A DNA stretch of 64,000 bases from Octopus sinensis (GCF_006345805.1 NC_043007.1:65100001-65164000), one strand, 5' to 3'. Positions 41,315 through 53,979 are shown, counted from the first letter of the stretch. Notes: generated from the sequence alone by a model not told the origin. Made by a program: numbers and translations.

Positions 41315-41904
41315 ATATATATATATATGTGTGTGTGTCTATATATACCCACACAGGCACGCACACATATATATGCATGTATGTATGTATGCACATATAC
41401 ACACTTGGAGACACACATTGGCACGCACACGTGCATGTGGAAATTTATGGGTTATGTTTTATAAACCACTAAATCCGATTGTGAAATTTAATCATAAGAT
41501 TCTTGGCAAATTAGAGAAAATAATGTCAAAGTAGATTCGCAGTCATTATTGCTCATCAGGGATGACTTACTTCATCTCTGATCTTTTGAAGCTAAGTAGT
41601 CTACATAGCTTTATGAAAAACGTACAAACCATTACTGGAGAAACGATATTTGCATAATAGAAGGAAAAATGACAGCCGATATTTAATAACAGTCGTTGAG
41701 TATTTTTTTCACAGCAAACTTAAATAAGTCTTCAATAAAATTACTGTAAACCTTTTCTATTCATAACGACAATGTGTCAATACTTGGGTTATTAAATTCT
41801 GGCTGTTAATTTTTTTTTACGTAATAAAAATAACTACGCGTCAGTAATAATTGGTGCACGTTTTTCATATAGTTATCTTTTCATCAGTGAAGGTAAAAAC
41901 AAGT

Positions 41905-41945
41905 TATCTCTGATGAGTTTTAATAAATGTGAAACTAGTCGGAAA
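41905..41945 (+). ncRNA. Minimal hammerhead candidate with canonical core, weak stems
   Basis: TATCT-CTGATGA-gttttaataaatgt-GAAAC-TA-GTC-GGAAA; palindromic ACTAGT stem III, GUC triplet; stems I/II imperfect. Confidence 0.4.
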
Positions 41946-42029
41946 CTAGTGGGATACTAGTCTCTTGCTTAACGAGGTTTGTCTACAGGTTATACTTTCA
42001 CGATGAAGTTAGCTATATAACAATTAAAA

Positions 42030-42200
42030 ATATCGAAGACAGGTGGTGTACAAAACAAACAGATGTATTAGTATAACACTCAGGAATAGAAAAAGTCTTT
42101 TACGTTTCGAGCCTACGCTCTTCTACAGAAAGGGACACAGAAAAAAACAAGGAGAGAAAAATAATTGTGTGTAGTGGCTAACAATCTATCATGGTAACTG
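42030..42200 (-). mobile_element. Penelope-like pseudo-LTR fragment (solo), family shared with 2170-2352
   Basis: Reverse-complement similarity; carries hammerhead motif. Confidence 0.6.
42097..42132 (-). ncRNA. Minimal type I hammerhead candidate, A6U core variant
   Basis: Minus strand CTTT-CTGTAGA-A-GAGC gtag GCTC-GAAAC-GTA-AAAG. Confidence 0.65.
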
Positions 42201-42499
42201 TAGATGTATATACATACATACAATATATATATATAGATGTTTGTTTTTATGCTTAGTTATAATAAAAGCAATTTTACATTAATCTGAAGGGTTACTCTAT
42301 GCTTCTTTACTTTTGTAGTGTAGCGATCTGTTACTCTTAAGCAAGAATATTATTGACACTAACTTGGACGTTTCAACCATCATCGAACTACTTAACTGGC
42401 AGAAACTTTGAAATCATAGTCAATAATATAGTAATAATCAGGGACGAGTTCTGAGTATGGCATTGCGATTGTAAATATAGAAGCTGTGTAATTGTAGCA

Positions 42500-42827
42500 T
42501 AGCTCAGTGGTTAGAGCGTCAGGCTTACAATCATGAGGTAGTGAGTTCGATTCCTGGACCGGGTTGTGAGTTGCATGTTTGAGTCAGACACTTTATTTCA
42601 CGTTGCTCTAGTTCACTCAGCTGTAGAAATGAGTTGTGACGTCACCGGAGCCAAGCTTTATCGGTCTTTGCCTTTCCGCTGGATAACATCGGTGGCTTGG
42701 AGAGGGAAGGTTGGTATGTATGGGCGACTGTTGGTCTTCTATAAACAACCTTGCCCGGATTTCTACCTTGAAGGGGAACCATCTATGTGTGCAATCCCAT
42801 AGTCCTTCATAGTCAAGGGGATCTTTA
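42500..42827 (+). mobile_element. tRNA-derived SINE family C with 11-bp TSD
   Basis: A-box TAGCTCAGTGG (42500-42510), B-box-like GAGTTCGATTCC; TSD TAATTGTAGCA at 42489-42499 and 42828-42838. Confidence 0.85.
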
Positions 42828-43146
42828 TAATTGTAGCAAGCCACATGTAACATGCTTCTCTCCTGTTGGAGCGCCATGAATGACCATAACATAACATAAG
42901 TTTTGAAAGAATGTAATTCGTGGATATAAGTACTTTTGGAGAGAAGCAAACGACAACACTCTATAAATACATGCTAACTGTGACTACTCCTACTTAACAA
43001 GAAAAACAATAGTCGTCAGAATAAATCAGAGTTTATCGAAACTACATTCTGATTGGAATATTTTAACCGTGTAATTGATTACTCTTGTCTTTCCCTCGTA
43101 TACAACACTAAACGTGTCTGTGTTTACATCTATCTATCTATCTATA

Positions 43147-44391
43147 CGCGCTGAGACTGCGACATCTCTGGCTCTATGTAGACGACGGTGAACAGGTGTG
43201 GTCGCCGTTTGTGAGGCACGCTTTCCCGCAGCTCGTCTCCATGACCGAACTGCAGTCGTGGATCAAAAAGAGGCCGAGGAAGGGCGAATGGCACCGCGAG
43301 TGTCGCGTTGCTCTCAAGCAACTCTGCCGTCCTGGGTCGACCTTAAGTGACTTCAACACAACCAAAGCATTCTATAGGGGTTTAGTGGAGGGGAGGTACG
43401 ACGACGAGCTCGGGGCGAACCTGGACGTCGACGAGGAGTACCTGACCCGCCTGTTCGGGACGACTTTCGGGCCAGGGCCCATGGACAACTTCCAGAGATC
43501 CCTGGCCTGGCAGTGCTACCGAGAAGCGCTACCCGTTCGGGATAAGCTCTACAGACACGGCTCGAGAAACACGGGGCCGACCTGCCCGAGATGCGGTCAG
43601 AGCGACGAAACCGTTCTGCACGCACTCGTTCAGTGTCCAACAATTTCCGACCTGTGGGCTTATGTCGAACAACTGCTGTCACGTGTTGGACGAGTCGGTT
43701 TATCAGCTGAGTCTATCGTCAATATTGTCACGCCTCCTTCCTTCAAACGGGAAGGAAGAGCTATTTTCATCATCCTTGTGGCTATGGCGAAAGAATGTAT
43801 CTGGTGGACGCGTCTGAAAGGATTGGAGACAAACACTTTCCTCTCTGGTCAATCTCTCATCAACTTCTTCAAGTACCACTTGAAAAGGAAAGTGAGAGTA
43901 GAGAGGCAAGTTTTGTCTAGCGAATGTTTTAAAAAAAGATGGGTGAATGTAGCAAGAATGGCACGTATGAATGACGAAGCCACCTTGAGCATAGTCCTAT
44001 GAACCCAGAAATCGAAAACAGAGAGTTGCTTATTTGCAAAAAAAAAAAAAAAAAAAAAGAAATATAAAATGTGACTTCATTGACCGAGGTTACCGTGGTC
44101 TTTTCCGTAGGCTTTTCTTTCCACGGGTAAACCTCACCTGTCCTCCCCTTTACACTTCATATTGACATTTCTGTGATAACGATCCCTATTGATCAATTTT
44201 TTTTCCTCTCCCCCTTTTTTTTTTTTTTAACACCCCCTTTCTTTTGTCCTCTTTCTCTCCTTTTACGATCCCTTTTGATCGAAACTCCCCCTTCCTTTTT
44301 TTTTTTTTTTTTTTTTAAACCTTCAAAAGAAAAGCTCTACCTTGTAATTTGTTCTATCTGTGTGCAGCCCTGTGTGGCTAATAAAGAAACA
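43147..44391 (+). mobile_element. L1/Tx1-clade LINE 3' end inserted in (TATC)n
   Basis: Open ORF2 C-terminus with CPRCGQSDETVLHALVQC; long 3' UTR; AATAAA at 44380-44385; (TATC)n on both sides. Confidence 0.85.
43148..44002 (+). CDS. Tx1-like ORF2 C-terminal segment (zf-RVT/CCHC region), partial but uninterrupted
   Basis: Frame open from the 5' junction (ALRLRHLW...) to the stop; FQRSLAWQCYREALPVRDKL...CPRC...ETVLHALVQC. Confidence 0.75.
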   Translation, partial: ALRLRHLWLYVDDGEQVWSPFVRHAFPQLVSMTELQSWIKKRPRKGEWHRECRVALKQLCRPGSTLSDFNTTKAFYRGLVEGRYDDELGANLDVDEEYLTRLFGTTFGPGPMDNFQRSLAWQCYREALPVRDKLYRHGSRNTGPTCPRCGQSDETVLHALVQCPTISDLWAYVEQLLSRVGRVGLSAESIVNIVTPPSFKREGRAIFIILVAMAKECIWWTRLKGLETNTFLSGQSLINFFKYHLKRKVRVERQVLSSECFKKRWVNVARMARMNDEATLSIVL

Positions 44392-44437
44392 TATCTATCT
44401 ATCTATCTATCGATCGATCGATCGATCTGCCTGTCTG

Positions 44438-44505
<68 letters not shown>

Positions 44506-44525
44506 CCTATTTATCTATCAATGTG

Positions 44526-44558
<33 letters not shown>

Positions 44559-44571
44559 TTATCTATCAATG

Positions 44572-44657
<86 letters not shown>
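44392..44657. repeat. (TATC)n then (TA)n microsatellite
   Basis: Direct reading. Confidence 0.95.
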
Positions 44658-44659
<2 letters not shown>

Positions 44660-44660
<1 letters not shown>

Positions 44661-45688
44661 GCGACGACTCTTGAAAATGGACAAAATATGGCATCGCGAT
44701 GTTATCAATTACCTGCAGAAAAAGCCTTTAGCCTCCAGTGACATATATGCTGGCATATTTGCTACATTAGGGGATTTATCAACAGATTTATCAGCAATGC
44801 AAAAGTGGGTAGCTGAATTTAGGAGAAAAAGGGAGAGTTTTGAATATGAACCAAAGTCTAGACGTTCTGCAACTGCCACCACCGAGGAAAGGATTGATCT
44901 TGTTTACTACATGATGTTCGATGTCAGACGATTGACTAGAAATTAAATAGCTAATGCTATTATCATATACCGCTATTATCATAAAGGTGAGAAAATTCTG
45001 CACAATGAAGTTGGCATGGTGACGGATTCTACTCAGTGGATGCCATGTCTACTGATACCTGATGAAAAGCGTACCAACCCGATCACATTAGTGGAAAATT
45101 TGACACTGAAGCAGTTTCAGCTGGTTTCCGTAATCCAGGATAGTAATGGTTTCATCCCTTTGAGCTAGATACTGTAAGGATGGCTTCATCCCTTTGAGCT
45201 ACAGACTGTAAGGATGGGGATGGCCTCAGTGTTCTGGAATGCAAAGGGCATTGTGTTTATTGACTATCATCAAAAAGGTCACACCATGAATGGGGAGTAC
45301 TATGCCAACTTGTTGAGGGGTTTACGAAAGGTTACAGAGATTAAACACTCACAAAAACTAACGAAAGTCGTCATATATCATCAGAACAATGTTCCAGCAC
45401 ACGAATCCTTCGTTTTAAAAGTTGCTGTGCGTGACTGTGGAATTGGGCTGGCTGACTACGCTCTCTATTCACCTTATTTAACTGCAAGTGACTATCATGT
45501 GTTCCACAACATGAAAAATCACTTGGCTGGGAACCATAATCGCAGTGATGGTAATGTCATATCAGCCGTTGATGGTTTTTTTTTCAACCAACAGGATGGA
45601 AGTTTCTCCCATGGGATCAAAACATTGCAACACCAATGAAACAAGTGTGTGGAACGCAAGGGGGACTATATTGAAAAATAAAAACCTC
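44660..45688 (+). mobile_element. mariner transposase relic
   Basis: KWVAEFRR...EPKSRRSATATTEE; MASVFWNAKGIVFIDY...GEYYANLL...HQNNVPAH...YSPYLTASDYHVFHNMKNHL; broken frames. Confidence 0.85.
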
Positions 45689-45691
45689 ATA

Positions 45692-45853
45692 GGCGCAGGA
45701 GTGGCTGTGTGGTAGGTAGCTTGTTTACCAACCACATGGTTCCGGGTTCAGTCCCACTGCGTGGCACCTTGGGCAAGTGTCTTCTACTATAGCCTCGGGC
45801 CAACCAAAACCTTGTGAGTGGATTTGGTAGACGGAAACTGAAAGAAGCCCGTC

Positions 45854-45918
<65 letters not shown>

Positions 45919-46149
45919 TGTGTGTGTGTGTTTGTGTGTCTGTCTTTGTCTCCCTAGCATTGCTTGACAACTGATGCTGGTGTGTTTATGTCCCCATTAC
46001 TTAGCGGTTCGGCAAAAGAGTCCGATAGAATAAGTACTGAGCTTACAAAAGAATAAGTCCCAGGGTCGAGTTGCTCGATTAAAGGCGGTGCTCCAGCATG
46101 GCCGCAGTCAAATGACTGAAACAAGTAAAAGAGTAAAAGAGGGTAAGAG
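45692..46149 (+). mobile_element. tRNA-derived SINE family D, full length, with internal (TA)n/(TG)n tract
   Basis: GGCGCAGGAGTGGCTGTGTGG head, GGGTTCAGTCCC B-box-like, tail ...gactgaaacaagtaaaagagtaaaagag; several related copies in window. Confidence 0.85.
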
Positions 46150-46208
46150 TATATGCTTACCATTCAATGAGAGTATTTTAGTCAGCCTATGAACTTTTCA
46201 GTATGTAT

Positions 46209-46259
<51 letters not shown>

Positions 46260-46332
46260 CGCACATACACACACACACACACATACACACACACACACAC
46301 ACACGCACACACGCACATACACACACACACAT

Positions 46333-46372
<40 letters not shown>

Positions 46373-47250
46373 CTACATACATATACATATATACATGGCA
46401 GTCTAGCTTATTGAGTGTGTGCATGACCGTGTTTGTGCGCACGCGTGTTTGTGCATCTTTTCTTATTTTATTTAGATGAATCTATATAACCATCAGTCTA
46501 TTGTTTTACATGCGTGTGTTAATGCATACGACATTAACTAAGTCTGTTTTGAACGTTGCTTTCATCTAATGGTTTAATGGAGTTCAGGCCTGTTAATATA
46601 TTTGTCAACGCTTTTAGTACTTTAGCTGTGTTCTTTTAATTTTTAATACCCAACCCAAAATCTAAGCACCATTCTTCAACTTGCTATTGTTATTAGTATT
46701 GTTATTTTTGTTGCTATTATTGGTATTGGTGATGGCGGCGATTTCGCAGTGTTATCAACAGCAGAAGCAGCAGCAACAACAACAGTAGTAGTAGTAGTAG
46801 TAGTAGTTTTCTTGCTTTTTTTGTTACCGTAGTTGCTATGTTCAAAATTGCTATTTTCGTTTTATTTTTCGTTTTTTTTTCATTTCATTTTCGTTAATAC
46901 AATATCGCCGTTGCTTAGATCCCAATTTAGCAGCGTTTTGGATCAAAGCCATTCCAATCAAGCCTATCCTCACATTTTACATATCAACGACAACACTGTG
47001 TAATATGTCCTTACTTTTCATAAGATAATTAAGCTTGGTTTGAGCGATATTGAGATGTTGTTTCTTGCAAGTCGAAAGATCACGCAGAATAGGAGCAACG
47101 AATATTTATTATTTCTAAGGGCGAAAGTCACGTGCATAAAGTCTCGTGCCCCTCTTGCGATGAGAAATATAATAAACTTTAATAAGTATGCAATTTATTT
47201 TCAATTAGTAAATGTGTTCAGGCTAATCTGGTTATAATATATAACCTTAA

Positions 47251-48647
47251 TCTCTTATTATAAAAGGCAGATTTTATCTGCCTCCCTTTGTCTCTTATAG
47301 AAATCTACAATATAGGATTTCTTCAATTACAATTTACCTAGCATTTTTAAGAGTAGAATGCATCGGGTCGTGCCAGGTCCAGTTTTTCAAATTTCAACCC
47401 CAATTAAGCAAAATTTCGAGAAAACTCACATTGTGGTGTGTAAGTGAAGTGCTTTTCTTAGTGTGGGCTACAGCACACACACAAAAATGGAGCGATTTGC
47501 TTCACTCACGCTATCACCCTAATTTCTCCTCCTTTCTCTTTGCAAGTGTGCAACGATTAAAGTGAAAGTATTTATATAAAACGAGAGAAGTGTACCTTAC
47601 AACACTACTCAAAAAAAAAACAGCAAACAGAAACGAATAAATACATAACGATTTACTCCTCACACAATTTCTTCAATTACAGTTTACCTATGATTTTTAC
47701 AAGTACTTCCATTCGGTCATGCCATACAAAATTTCTTTCAATTTCACCCCCAATTAAGACAAAATTCGAAAAAACTCAATATTTTAACATTTCACTCCGA
47801 AAGCATTGATGTACATGTGTGCGTGCGTGAGTGTGTGTGTGTGTGTTTGATGGGGTGTGCGACACAGAAAGTGTGGTATGTAAGTGAAGTGCTTTTGTTA
47901 GTGTGTGTAAAGAGACACAGAGAGTAATGTTGTGCTGTGTGTGTATGTGTGAAAGACAGAGATAACTGAACTTTTTTTATTCACTTTTTGTAGTGAGTGA
48001 CTGAGAGAGAAAAGAGAGAGAGAGGTTATGTATGTATATATGTATGTATGGCTTCAGTGACACACACACAAAAACACATACCTACGTACACCTAAAGCAC
48101 GCACACACACACAAGCGGAGCGCGAACTTCAAAAGAACTTCGCGCGCTATCTATCTGGTTTGCCATTCCTCACACACACGCATACACATACATATATGAC
48201 AGTGACAAACACAAACGTTTCAAACAACTACATACAAACACTCAAACACACACACACGTGTGTATTTGTTATTAGTAAAAAAAGGCGCCAAACACAACTC
48301 ACTTCTCATTCGAACACATTTGCAAAAACACACCGACGGTCGAATTGCCATAACAATACAGAAAAGGTAAATTGGTTTTTAATTTACTTTCTGTCGTTAA
48401 ATTTTGGTAGTATTAATTGGCGAGCGTACTTCTGTTGTCAATTGTTGATAGAAAGAAATTGTAAGCTAATAAGGTGTGTGTGTGTGTGTAGGAAGTGAAA
48501 ATCCCTATTTTTTACGATTTTTTCACTGCTGTGTCGCCACTTTTCGGTATATTTCGACCAGAAAAATGTTCACAAAATTTTTACTTTTCAAAATTACAAT
48601 TCCAGCGGGTCGAAACAAACCCGAGCAACGCCGGGCGATACTGCTAG
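47251..48647 (+). mobile_element. Non-autonomous Helitron family 1 (1397 bp)
   Basis: A|TCTCTTATTATAAAA 5' end; hairpin CCCGAGCAACGCCGGG (48620-48635) then CTAG|T; no TSD; 5' part repeated at 54206. Confidence 0.85.
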
Positions 48648-48818
48648 TTTAATATAACGTCAGGAAATCATTTTATTTCGGATGAATTACTTGAGAAAGA
48701 TGCTGATGTCTCTTCTTGGTTAGAAATGTTAATTCATTCGGAATTGTTGCAACCAAACAATTTGGAAGATGACTCTCGTTGAGCTTCATACAAAGGTGCA
48801 ATGATACTGCTGCTGCTG

Positions 48819-48869
<51 letters not shown>

Positions 48870-48873
48870 ATAC

Positions 48874-48907
<34 letters not shown>

Positions 48908-48911
48908 TTCG

Positions 48912-49290
48912 ATGGAGGTAGTAAGTTTAATATATCGACCCCAGTGATCAACTGGTACTTATTTTGTCAACCCCGAAAGGATGAAAGGCAAAACCAACCT
49001 CGGCGGGATTCGAGATCCTAACATAAAAGCGGTCAAAATATCGCTAAGCATTTTGTTCGGCACGCTAACAATGATGCCAGCTCACCACCTTTGCATTCTT
49101 TCCCATTTTGATACAAAGCCAGTAATTGTGAAGAGAGGTGCAAGTCTAATACTTTGATCCCAATGCTCAACAGGTACTTATTTTATCGACCCCAAAAGGC
49201 TGAAAGGTAACGTCAACCTCAGTGGAAGTTGAACTCTGAACATAAAGATGGACCAAGCATTTTGTCCGACGAGCTGACGATTTTGCTAGT
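48912..49290 (-). mobile_element. Two SINE A copies (degenerate)
   Basis: Reverse-complement matches at ~48912-49090 and ~49130-49290. Confidence 0.7.
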
Positions 49291-49299
49291 TTGCCGCCT

Positions 49300-50300
49300 T
49301 AATAAGGCTTGATCCCCGTTGAAGTGTGTTACAAAACCACCAAAATTCGACTGGCTTAAATTCGATCTTGAAACAACTAACGACTGGCCAAAAGTCTATC
49401 GTGAAACAACTAACTGGATGCTAAACACATTGAAAGTCACAAGAGGCATAAGAAGCTTCATTCTGTCTTGAAGGAGAGCAAAATATATTTTGTTATTGAT
49501 TTCATGAATGATACAGCCAGGGGGAAGTGTAGCAATTGTTGTTACAAAGAAAGTAAAATTAATGTCAAAGAAAAAAGCACGAGATCAATTGAATAGGAGG
49601 TGGGAACAGAATCCTCTGTATGGCAAATATGTGGCTCGTAGCAAACAAGGAGTGGTTACTAGGCAGAGAGCGAAGGCTTTATTTTAGCTGCTCAAGATCA
49701 AAGCTGATTGATCCGGAACTACCAAGCCAATGTTATTAAAAATGAAATAGATCCAAAGTACCGATTCTGCAATGGTGATATAGAAACAGTGGACTACTTA
49801 ATCTCTAGATGTAAAGTTTTAGCATCAGTAGAGAATAAATCAAGACATGACAGAGTTGGCCAATATCTACGCCGGTTTCATATGTCAACTTTATAAATCA
49901 AATCTCTTGACAAGTGGTATAAGCAGCATCCCGAGACTGTAACTGAGGACGATTCTTTAGGACTTTCCCCTATATACACACAGACCCATCAAAGCTAAGA
50001 AACCAGATATCATTTTGGAAGAGCAAAATAATATAGTCTGCTTATTGATCGATAAAGTATCCCTTGAAATCATATTTCAGCAAAAGAATTTGACAAACTC
50101 AGAAAATATAAAGATTTGCTCACTGAAGTCGAAAAGACGTGGTATCAAAAGGCGATTTCAAATTCAGTGATTGTTGGAATGATCAAAAATGGAACTGAAA
50201 ATTATATGAGAATTATCCTTGGCTTACCATCTTGCAAGAAGTGCAAGACATTATTTCAACTTGTACGTCACACGTATTGAAAAGAAAATTGTCTCTGTGA
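49300..50300 (+). mobile_element. R4/Dong-like element C-terminal region (CCHC + RLE), decayed
   Basis: EGFILAAQDQS; RNYQANVIKNEIDPKYRFC...ETVDYLISRC...RHDRVGQYL; KKPDIILE...KEFDKLRKYKDL. Confidence 0.75.
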
Positions 50301-50569
50301 GAACGATTACTTTCCATGTAAATATTTTTTCTATCTTTTTTTTTTTAATTTTGTAAATGAACAATCTAGTGTGTTTATTCTAATGGTTTATCAATCGCGA
50401 AAGGATGAAAAATTTACTGTCCTCGGTGGCATCTGAACACAGAAAGGTAAGAGCTGGAACAAATGCACTTTTTCCGGTACTGTAACAATTCAACCAGTTC
50501 ACCGCCTTAATGAAGTTAATAATAAAACATAAAAGAATAAATTAAGTTGCTGTTTATGTCATAATCTTT

Positions 50570-50995
50570 TCTACTCCAGGCACAGAGCCCGAAATTTGTG
50601 GGGAGGGGGCCAGTCGATTAGATCGACCCCAGTACGCAACGGGTGCTTAATTTATCGACCCCGAAAGGATGAAAGGCAAAGTCGACCTCGGCGGAATTTG
50701 AACTCAGAACGTAAAGACGGATGAAATACTGCTAAGCATTTCGCCTGGCGTGCTAACGTTTCTTATTTCTTTATTGCCCACAAGGGGCTAAACATAGAGG
50801 GGACAAACAAGGACAGACAGGAATTAAGTCGAATACATCGACCCCAGTGCGTAACTGGTACTTAATTTATCGACCCCGAAAGGATGAAAGGCAAAGTTGA
50901 CCTCGGCGGAATTTGAACTCAGAACGTAACGGCAGACGAAATACTGCTAAGCATTTCGGCCGGCGTGCTAACGTTTCTGCCAGTTCTCCGCTTTT
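50570..50995 (-). mobile_element. SINE A dimer
   Basis: Two reverse copies of ccccgaaaggatgaaaggcaaagtcgacctcggcggaatttgaactcagaacg. Confidence 0.85.
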
Positions 50996-51009
50996 GTTTA
51001 TTTCATGAT

Positions 51010-52950
51010 AGACAAAACGGTCAGTGTGATGCATAACTGTGTTTGGCTTTCGAAATTTCTTTAACACTTGATGACTGGGATAACAAAATTTGCCAAAAAG
51101 CCACCAGTAATTTGTATTCCAAATCTGCATTTCGTGTATTTCAATTTTGAAAATACTTACTCACACTTATAACTGTTGCTGAAAAGAGATACCATATTTT
51201 TTTGCATGATCTGTCCGGTTCTAGAGTATATTGGTTGTAGAATGTAGTTGAGATACCTTCTATGCGGCACTAAGTTCTATCGAAAATTTTCTCGCACAGT
51301 ATCCACTTCCATATCATGTATTAAATAATCTTAAGTTACTTGTTGATGAAATAATATCAGCAAAACGGTGATTTGGAGAGGTTTTTTTTTTCTTAAGTCC
51401 AGTGTCATAGTCACAAATATATTTTTGCTCTCAGCCGGTTTGGTCTGCCGGCCTGAAAGTAAATAAGCATAGTTAGATTTCTCAAGCTAGCTTTACCAGT
51501 TATTTAGCTTCGGAAGCAGATGTGTGTTTTTACATGTCATGTAACAGCTAAGTGTTTTTTCTCCACTGAAGCTGCTTAAATGAGTTGTTAATTTCATTAC
51601 AAATTCCAGGATTCAAAGCCATTAGGGAGCACGAAATTCTGTACCACTGATGGTTTTATTTTTCGGGAGTAAGCGTAGCTATTTCTTCTCTCAAAAGCTG
51701 TCGAAATTGACTTTGGTTCAATATTCAAGTAAACATGTTTATTATCTTTACAATTATCTCGGTTATGTCCATCAAATTTGATATCTTTGCACACACGTTT
51801 TCCCGATAAATATTGTTTTAAATTCCGAGGCCTTCCATATGTCTTTGAAGCAGATCCATAACACCTTTATTTTATCTAACCATTACCAGTGCCCTATCAA
51901 TTGTCACGGATATAAATGTTGATAGTTGATAGGCCCAAATTCATGGTTATAGTACACTAATGTAATGTTTTAAGACAATCTCCCATGGTTGAACCCTTGA
52001 TAGGTAGCAGTTAAAAGAATTCCTCAACAATGCCAACAACATTTGCGTTAAATCCACGTACAAACACTGCAAGGTGAGCTGTATCTGTGATATTTGTACT
52101 CTCATCAAACGCTTTTGAGAACTGGAAATTTTTGTAATAGTTTTCTAAGCGAATTTTCAGATCCGCTGACATTTCTTATTTGTCGTGTTACTCAACTTGC
52201 AAAAAGATTGACATTTGAAAATAAAGTTTTATTTTTTTCTCTCTCGATGCATACAATGTCTCCAATGGCCATCAAATACTTTTTCACAAAATCTCCATCA
52301 GTGAGAGGCTTCATGTTTTTTATCAGCCTCGGCACTGCGTTGCTGACTTGGATGATATTTTCTGATTGTTTTGATTTTAGAATACTGAATTTGCTTTCTA
52401 AGATCAGGTTAAATTTAAGAATTTCATCGTTTCTTGATTGCGCACTAAATTCACTGAAACTTCATCGTGGTTTTATTACCCACAACATTCCCTGAAACCT
52501 AACCTTACTTGTTTATCCCCTAAATTCACTTAAACTCCATGCTTCCTTTTTTGCCCATTAAAATCTGTAAAACTTCAATGTTGATTTTGTGACCACAAAA
52601 GTCACCGAATATTGGATGATTTGTCTCATGGTTCTATTTTGAATTCCTTACTAAAAGCAACATTTCTATACCGTATTAAGAATAAATCATGCTGAAGTGT
52701 TGAATAAAAAAATGTAATTTTATATCCACGTATCTCTGAAAGCTTACCACTTAATGACAACTTTCCTGCATTTTGCTGACATTGAGGAAATTCTGAAATT
52801 AAGAGAACTGTAAATTTTTTCTTTGGCTTGTAAGTGTGTGTTTAGTATTTTTCAGATATTAATCGTCATTGAATGAGCTTTTGTACGCTGATGACATACA
52901 ATAACAAAGAAACGTGTCAGACGTCGTCACCATGATTACCAAAGACCGGA
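51010..52950 (-). mobile_element. hAT transposase relic (SPIN/Charlie/GTF2IRD2-like)
   Basis: Minus strand KPLTDGDFVKKYL; KAFDESTNITDTAHLAVFVRG; LPIKGSTMGD; VTIDRALVMV; hATC-like KKMVSLFSNSYKCE.VFSKLKY; many stops; ends approximate. Confidence 0.8.
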
Positions 52951-53191
52951 TTAACTCCAGTCCCTCATGCATATCTCAATTCAGTTTTTGATTGATTAAA
53001 ATTTCAGTTGTTCTTTACCGTGCCTATTCTGAGAATTTTCATAAAGGCCAATTACTAATAGTTGAAGGTAATCGTGGTAAATATTTCATCACTTGAACTG
53101 AACGACACTTGGTTTATACTTACCAAATATGTATCTCATTTCATAAGACGATACATTCGTAACTCATAAGATACATTTTAACTAGTCTTAG

Positions 53192-53245
<54 letters not shown>

Positions 53246-53394
53246 TCACCATATGTACGCTATAAATCAGCTACATTATGAATTATTTGAGGCTTTGGCA
53301 TTATGACATGTGATTCATGTATGAAAGATCTATGCAATATTTTCCTCTTTGCATGTCTTCTGCAAGGAATTCCCCAATATCTTTCACACACATG

Positions 53395-53425
<31 letters not shown>

Positions 53426-53732
53426 CACATACACACACGCACACACATACACACATACACATACGGACGCATTCACATACACGCATAACAAAGGCGTACG
53501 CGGGTGTGAACATGCACACATGCACTCACACACGTATGTAATACAGATAGAGAGATAAAAATTATACAAACGACATATGTTAGATTATGAAGCAAACAGG
53601 AAACAAGCAAATAATACACGGAGACAGACAAGCGAAAGCAGGTACTTGAAAAGGCAGAGAAATATAGAACGCAGAAACAAAAGCCAAAGTGTACCTCGAA
53701 AATAAATAGACTCAAGGAAAAAATGGATGAGT

Positions 53733-53766
53733 GTCTAACGTTTCGGACGATAACCTTTATCAAAAA
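53733..53766 (-). ncRNA. Minimal hammerhead candidate, U3:A8 compensatory core variant
   Basis: Minus strand TTT-TTGATAA-A-GG ttatcgt CC-GAAAC-GTT-AGAC; stems short (stem I 3 bp, stem II 2 bp). Confidence 0.35.
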
Positions 53767-53979
53767 GAAGTTTAAAGATATACAAGAGAATTACATGGTA
53801 GGTCTGAGGTCTGATGTATATGTGTGTAACTATGTATGTTTGTCTGGTCAAGAAATTCCTATGCTGTACGTTACACCAAAATATTTTCTTCTATATTGTG
53901 GAAAGACTTTTCTATAGATGATCTGCTGCTTATGTGTACTCGAGTTCGTTTACACACTCACACACAATATGCATACATA

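Noticed and set aside
41525-41570. Minus-strand CTGATGA-GCA...TGC-GAAT motif
   Set aside because: Lacks GAAA and a following NUH triplet.
42500-42570. tRNA gene
   Set aside because: A and B boxes are present but there is no complete cloverleaf, and it continues into a SINE body bounded by a TSD.
52885-52925. CTGATGA...GAAACGTGTC hammerhead-like string
   Set aside because: Neither stem I nor stem II can pair, and it lies within the antisense of hAT coding remnants.
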